Origin: Azolla caroliniana
Taxonomy: Eukaryota; Plantae; Polypodiophyta
Direction of reading: 5' to 3'
Length of the DNA: 64,000 nucleotides
Assembly (NCBI GenBank): GCA_043228905.1
Contig: JBHGNT010000002.1
Coordinates: forward strand, 4,960,001-5,024,000
Shown in pieces: positions 60,420-64,000 of this stretch (within the stretch, counting starts at the first letter, position 1; each line of letters opens with the position of its first letter). The position numbers and the translations under genes were made by a program. Under the pieces are notes generated by a model. It did no database searches, was not told where the DNA came from, and saw only the letters and a list, made by a program, of their open reading frames with translations.

Positions 60420-63238
60420 ATATACATTTCACACATGAGCTCTCTGACATATACTCTCAACATGTTCAGGCCCATCTCCCCTCCCTTGATCCCTCCCTAC
60501 CGTTAGAAAGCCTTAGTACAAAACTCACACACATCCTTCACTCCGCAGCAGCTAGCAGTTTCCCATATACAAAACACTCAAATCAAGGTAGATCAGGATC
60601 AATGCCACAAAATAAATGGTATGACGAGGATTGTAGGGACTTACATAGACAACTTACAGTATCGCAACTCAATGGTAGTATTACCTCCATACAAGCTCGC
60701 AAAGAAATGCGTAAGATGACACGTCGTAAGAGACGAGCGTGGGAGGCATCCCAATACTGGGAACTCTACCATATGCTCATGAGTAGCGATTGCGCCACGG
60801 CATGGAAGAGACTACGGGAGCCAAGACCACAAACACCCATCGAAGATCCCGAAACTTGGCACACATATACAGAGAGACTTTACCAAATCCCAAACCAACC
60901 ACCCATTCCAATGCCTTCCACACCCCGGCCTACCACGGGGACACTTTTCACGACCTCTAGGGTCGTGAAGGTCATAAAAAAATTACAACATAGGAAGTCC
61001 ATGGACCACACAGGATTGCGAGCAGAACACATTATATATGCGAGAGAGTGCCTAGCTCCCTTGCTAACTCTAATCTTCAATCGTGCCCTTGCAGAGGGTT
61101 TTCCACCACAGTGGACTATGAATACAGTGGCCCCCATACATAAAGGGGGGGACCCCATGGACCCAAATACATATAGGACCATTATGATAGGCCATACCCT
61201 TGCTAAGTTATATGGTGCAGTAATGGAAGCAGAGCTTAGCGACTATATGGAGACCCTAAACCTTCGTGCACCTGAACAAGCTGGCTTTAGACGAGCCTTC
61301 TCCACTATTGATCATATCTTCACACTTAGATGCCTAATTGACCAAACTAAGGCTCGCAAGAAGAAATTATATTGTTGTTTTGTGGACTTCCGCAAAGCCT
61401 TTGACACAGTCCCTAGAGAGCGGTTGTTTGATAGAATTAAAAGCTTGAGGATACCAGATGATATGGTATGGGCCATCTACGCACTATATGAACAAGTGTC
61501 CGGGTGTGTCCGATGCCCAGGTGGCCTATCTAATCGTTTCACTAGCACTATTGGTGTAAAACAAGGTTGCCCCCTATCACCGACGCTTTTTGGGATCTAC
61601 ATTGATGAGATCACAGATTTTATTGCTCGTGAGGGAGGCACCAGAGTGGTCCTTGGGGATACGCAGGTTCGTATCTTGCTCTATGCGGATGACATAGTTT
61701 TGCTCTCTGAATCCGAACATGACCTACAAAGGCACCTTAATGCCTTAGATGACTTTTGTGTACAACGAGGATTGGTAGTTAATCTAGGGAAAACGAAAGT
61801 CCTTATCTTCCACACATCGGCCCAAGTTAGAGCTAAGTGTCACCTAACTATCTCCCATAGCCCAGTCGAGGTGGTTGGATCATACGTCTATCTCGGAGTC
61901 ACTTTTAGTGCCTGCTCAGGTAAATTTTCGATGACACAGGCAGCGAAGGATAGACTCACGAGAGGACATGCATCCCTCTCACTCCTAGAGAGACAATGCC
62001 ACCAAGCACACTTTAAAGAGCCACAGACTAAAGGGTGGCTCTTTGACTCATTAGTGACCCCCTCCCTCATGTATGCATCAGCGGTTTGGCCTCCAGGATT
62101 ACCATCTTTCATGTGGACGCAATTAGAGAGACCACATGAGTCCGGCTATACTAGCTCATGGTATGGCATGATGGTGAGTTGGCTTCTTGCGAATGGTCTA
62201 GACATTAATAACCTACCTCCCCTTAGGTACAACCACACGAGTGATAACACTTTAATCTCTCATAAGGCCTCTCGATCATTGTATGAGTCCGGCTATACTA
62301 GCTCATGGTATGGCATGATGGTGAGTTGGCTTCTTGCGAATGGTCTAGACATTAATAAGCTACCTCCCCTTAGGTACAACCACACGAGTGATAACACTTT
62401 AATCTTTCATGAGGACCGCAATAAAGTAATACGCCAAGAAATATGGCAAATTTACACTCGGTGTAAATGGATCACCGCACTAGAGCCACTCCCATCTAAA
62501 ATGTTGTACTATAAGAAACACTTCATGCACTTCTCTGAGTTAGGTTTTATCACGCGACCAAAATATCTAGATGTATTCTTACCACATGCACTAAGGGTTG
62601 CCATTGGACAACTTAGAATATCATCTCACCAACTTGAGATTGAGAATGGCCGTACTAGTGGAGTCCTTAAGGAGGAAAGGATATGTAGGTTATGTCACAT
62701 AGAGATAGAGGATGAGTACCACTTTACATGCAAGTGTCCAACCTATGCCAAGATAAGGGCAAAATACCAAGACATACTTGGTTTGTCTCCCACCCTCCCC
62801 AAACTATTAGATACTCTAGATATAAAGAAATTAGGCAAATACATTCTAGAGCTAAAACAACACAGAGAGAATAAGTTACAAAATGTTGACAATAATGTTG
62901 CTAATGATCACGAACATGTAACAAATGAAGTTTTTCAGGAACATGAGGAGACAACGAATGCTGACACACTTGCACCACTCGGCCTTTCCATTGATGAGGC
63001 AGAAAACCAGAGAAGAACTAGACGTCCTCGGGTGCCGGGTTTCAAAGCAACTCGACGTGATGTGGAAGCAATATTGAAAATAAGGGAACGTGAGCTACAC
63101 CGCCTAGAAGCCATGGCTAGGGCACTCTCTACATTGGAACCCACATCAAGACCCTTTGACCCCCCACTTCTTTTCGAGAGGCTTGGGTGGAAATAAAATT
63201 AGGGTTAGTGTATAGTAACTTTCGAGTATACTACATAT
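60420..63238 (+). mobile_element. 5'-truncated non-LTR retrotransposon (LINE, possibly RTE/RTEX-like)
   Basis: Long RT ORF without an endonuclease domain; 3' end interrupted by an LTR at 63239; 5' boundary approximate. Confidence 0.85.
60602..63196 (+). CDS. LINE reverse transcriptase ORF (864 aa, partial) with C-terminal CCHC motif
   Basis: NTYRTI, EQAGFR, FVDFRKAFD, GVKQGCPLSP, YADD, YLG; RICRLC...EDEYHFTCKCP; in-frame 147-bp duplication at 62136/62283. Confidence 0.85.
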   Translation: MPQNKWYDEDCRDLHRQLTVSQLNGSITSIQARKEMRKMTRRKRRAWEASQYWELYHMLMSSDCATAWKRLREPRPQTPIEDPETWHTYTERLYQIPNQPPIPMPSTPRPTTGTLFTTSRVVKVIKKLQHRKSMDHTGLRAEHIIYARECLAPLLTLIFNRALAEGFPPQWTMNTVAPIHKGGDPMDPNTYRTIMIGHTLAKLYGAVMEAELSDYMETLNLRAPEQAGFRRAFSTIDHIFTLRCLIDQTKARKKKLYCCFVDFRKAFDTVPRERLFDRIKSLRIPDDMVWAIYALYEQVSGCVRCPGGLSNRFTSTIGVKQGCPLSPTLFGIYIDEITDFIAREGGTRVVLGDTQVRILLYADDIVLLSESEHDLQRHLNALDDFCVQRGLVVNLGKTKVLIFHTSAQVRAKCHLTISHSPVEVVGSYVYLGVTFSACSGKFSMTQAAKDRLTRGHASLSLLERQCHQAHFKEPQTKGWLFDSLVTPSLMYASAVWPPGLPSFMWTQLERPHESGYTSSWYGMMVSWLLANGLDINNLPPLRYNHTSDNTLISHKASRSLYESGYTSSWYGMMVSWLLANGLDINKLPPLRYNHTSDNTLIFHEDRNKVIRQEIWQIYTRCKWITALEPLPSKMLYYKKHFMHFSELGFITRPKYLDVFLPHALRVAIGQLRISSHQLEIENGRTSGVLKEERICRLCHIEIEDEYHFTCKCPTYAKIRAKYQDILGLSPTLPKLLDTLDIKKLGKYILELKQHRENKLQNVDNNVANDHEHVTNEVFQEHEETTNADTLAPLGLSIDEAENQRRTRRPRVPGFKATRRDVEAILKIRERELHRLEAMARALSTLEPTSRPFDPPLLFERLGWK

Positions 63239-64000
63239 TGTTGGGAGACAGGTCCCTCCGGATGGGAAGGGAGAAGAACAGAGCTGATGAACAAACTCGG
63301 CCGAGGCCGAAACCGTATGAGGAGGACCTGGCTACGGAGAGCCGGATGGTGCAGACCCGGTATGAACCGGATGAGGAGTACTCGGCTACGGAGAGCCGGA
63401 TGGTACAGAACCGGTGAGAATCGGATAAAGAGACATATTCGTAAATATGTTTCTGAGAGTCCATCGAGGCTATATTTGTAAATAGCCGAAAAGTCATATT
63501 AGTATAAATATGACTTAGGGCAAACTTTTAGTAACTGTTGTTGTTGTCATTTCTTGTTGGTGCAAGAAAAGAGAGAGAGTGCGTAATTGTACAGAGAGTG
63601 AGAGAGAGAAAGAGGTCACTGCCTCTGTTGTAATCGCCGCCTGTGGCGAAGATCTGTGAGCATGAGGTCGTTGCCTCAGTGAACTCACTGTTGTACATAC
63701 TAACCTAGTCATAGTTTGCAGCCTGTGGGCTGCCGTGGTTTTTCCCTAGTTTGGGGTTTTCCACGTTAAACATCCTGTGTACTCTTCTCTTCCATTGTGT
63801 CGTTCTTTATTTCCCGTTTTCTGTGTATGATCCTAAGCTCGGTTGTGGCCGAGCGTTGCGTATAGGGAGTGTTTCGGTTCCCTTCAAGTGGTATCAGAGC
63901 AAAACAACACAGAAAATAGACGAATCGTTTGGCGGCATGTTCAAGCTCACCGGCTCCAACTATTCGGTATGGAAGTCGAAGATGAGGGACATGCTCGTGG
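63239..64000 (+). mobile_element. 5' end of a further Ty1/copia element (continues beyond the window)
   Basis: LTR 63239-63886 (TG...CA); PBS TGGTATCAGAGC 63889-63900; gag start MFKLTGSNYSVWKSKMRDMLV from 63937. Confidence 0.9.

Overview
Eukaryotic, plant-type genomic DNA; the transposon lineages suggest a non-seed land plant such as a fern, lycophyte or bryophyte (inference). There is one clear host gene, an intronless GC-rich CDS at 5439-6548 encoding a plant-specific protein of unknown function. The rest is deeply nested transposon DNA. Working names: Copia-1 (13959-24371) contains Gypsy-A (15434-21911). Copia-2 (26770-40118, minus) contains a solo LTR, Gypsy-B (31435-38478) and a hAT MITE. 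Three chromoviruses are nested: Chromo-C (41998-~60410) contains Chromo-D (46439-57834, minus), which contains Chromo-E (48530-54216; intact ORFs, LTRs identical by eye). There are also LINE remnants, hAT-type MITEs and solo LTRs. Main signals read from the sequence: (1) several unrelated LTR families carry a tRNA-spaced Pol III A-box/B-box unit, which in the chromoviruses is antisense, sits at the outer U3 edge and can refold into a long hairpin; (2) the TGTCG-ended Gypsy group makes 4-bp TSDs always centred on CpG; (3) there are two different -1 frameshift cassettes (slippery heptamer, 6-nt spacer, pseudoknot), one placed after the protease and showing a compensatory base pair; (4) the chromoviruses have Tf1-like self-priming PBSs with co-varying partners plus a U3/R palindrome; (5) the host CDS contains eight G-boxes. 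All structures were paired by eye; no searches or folding programs were run.
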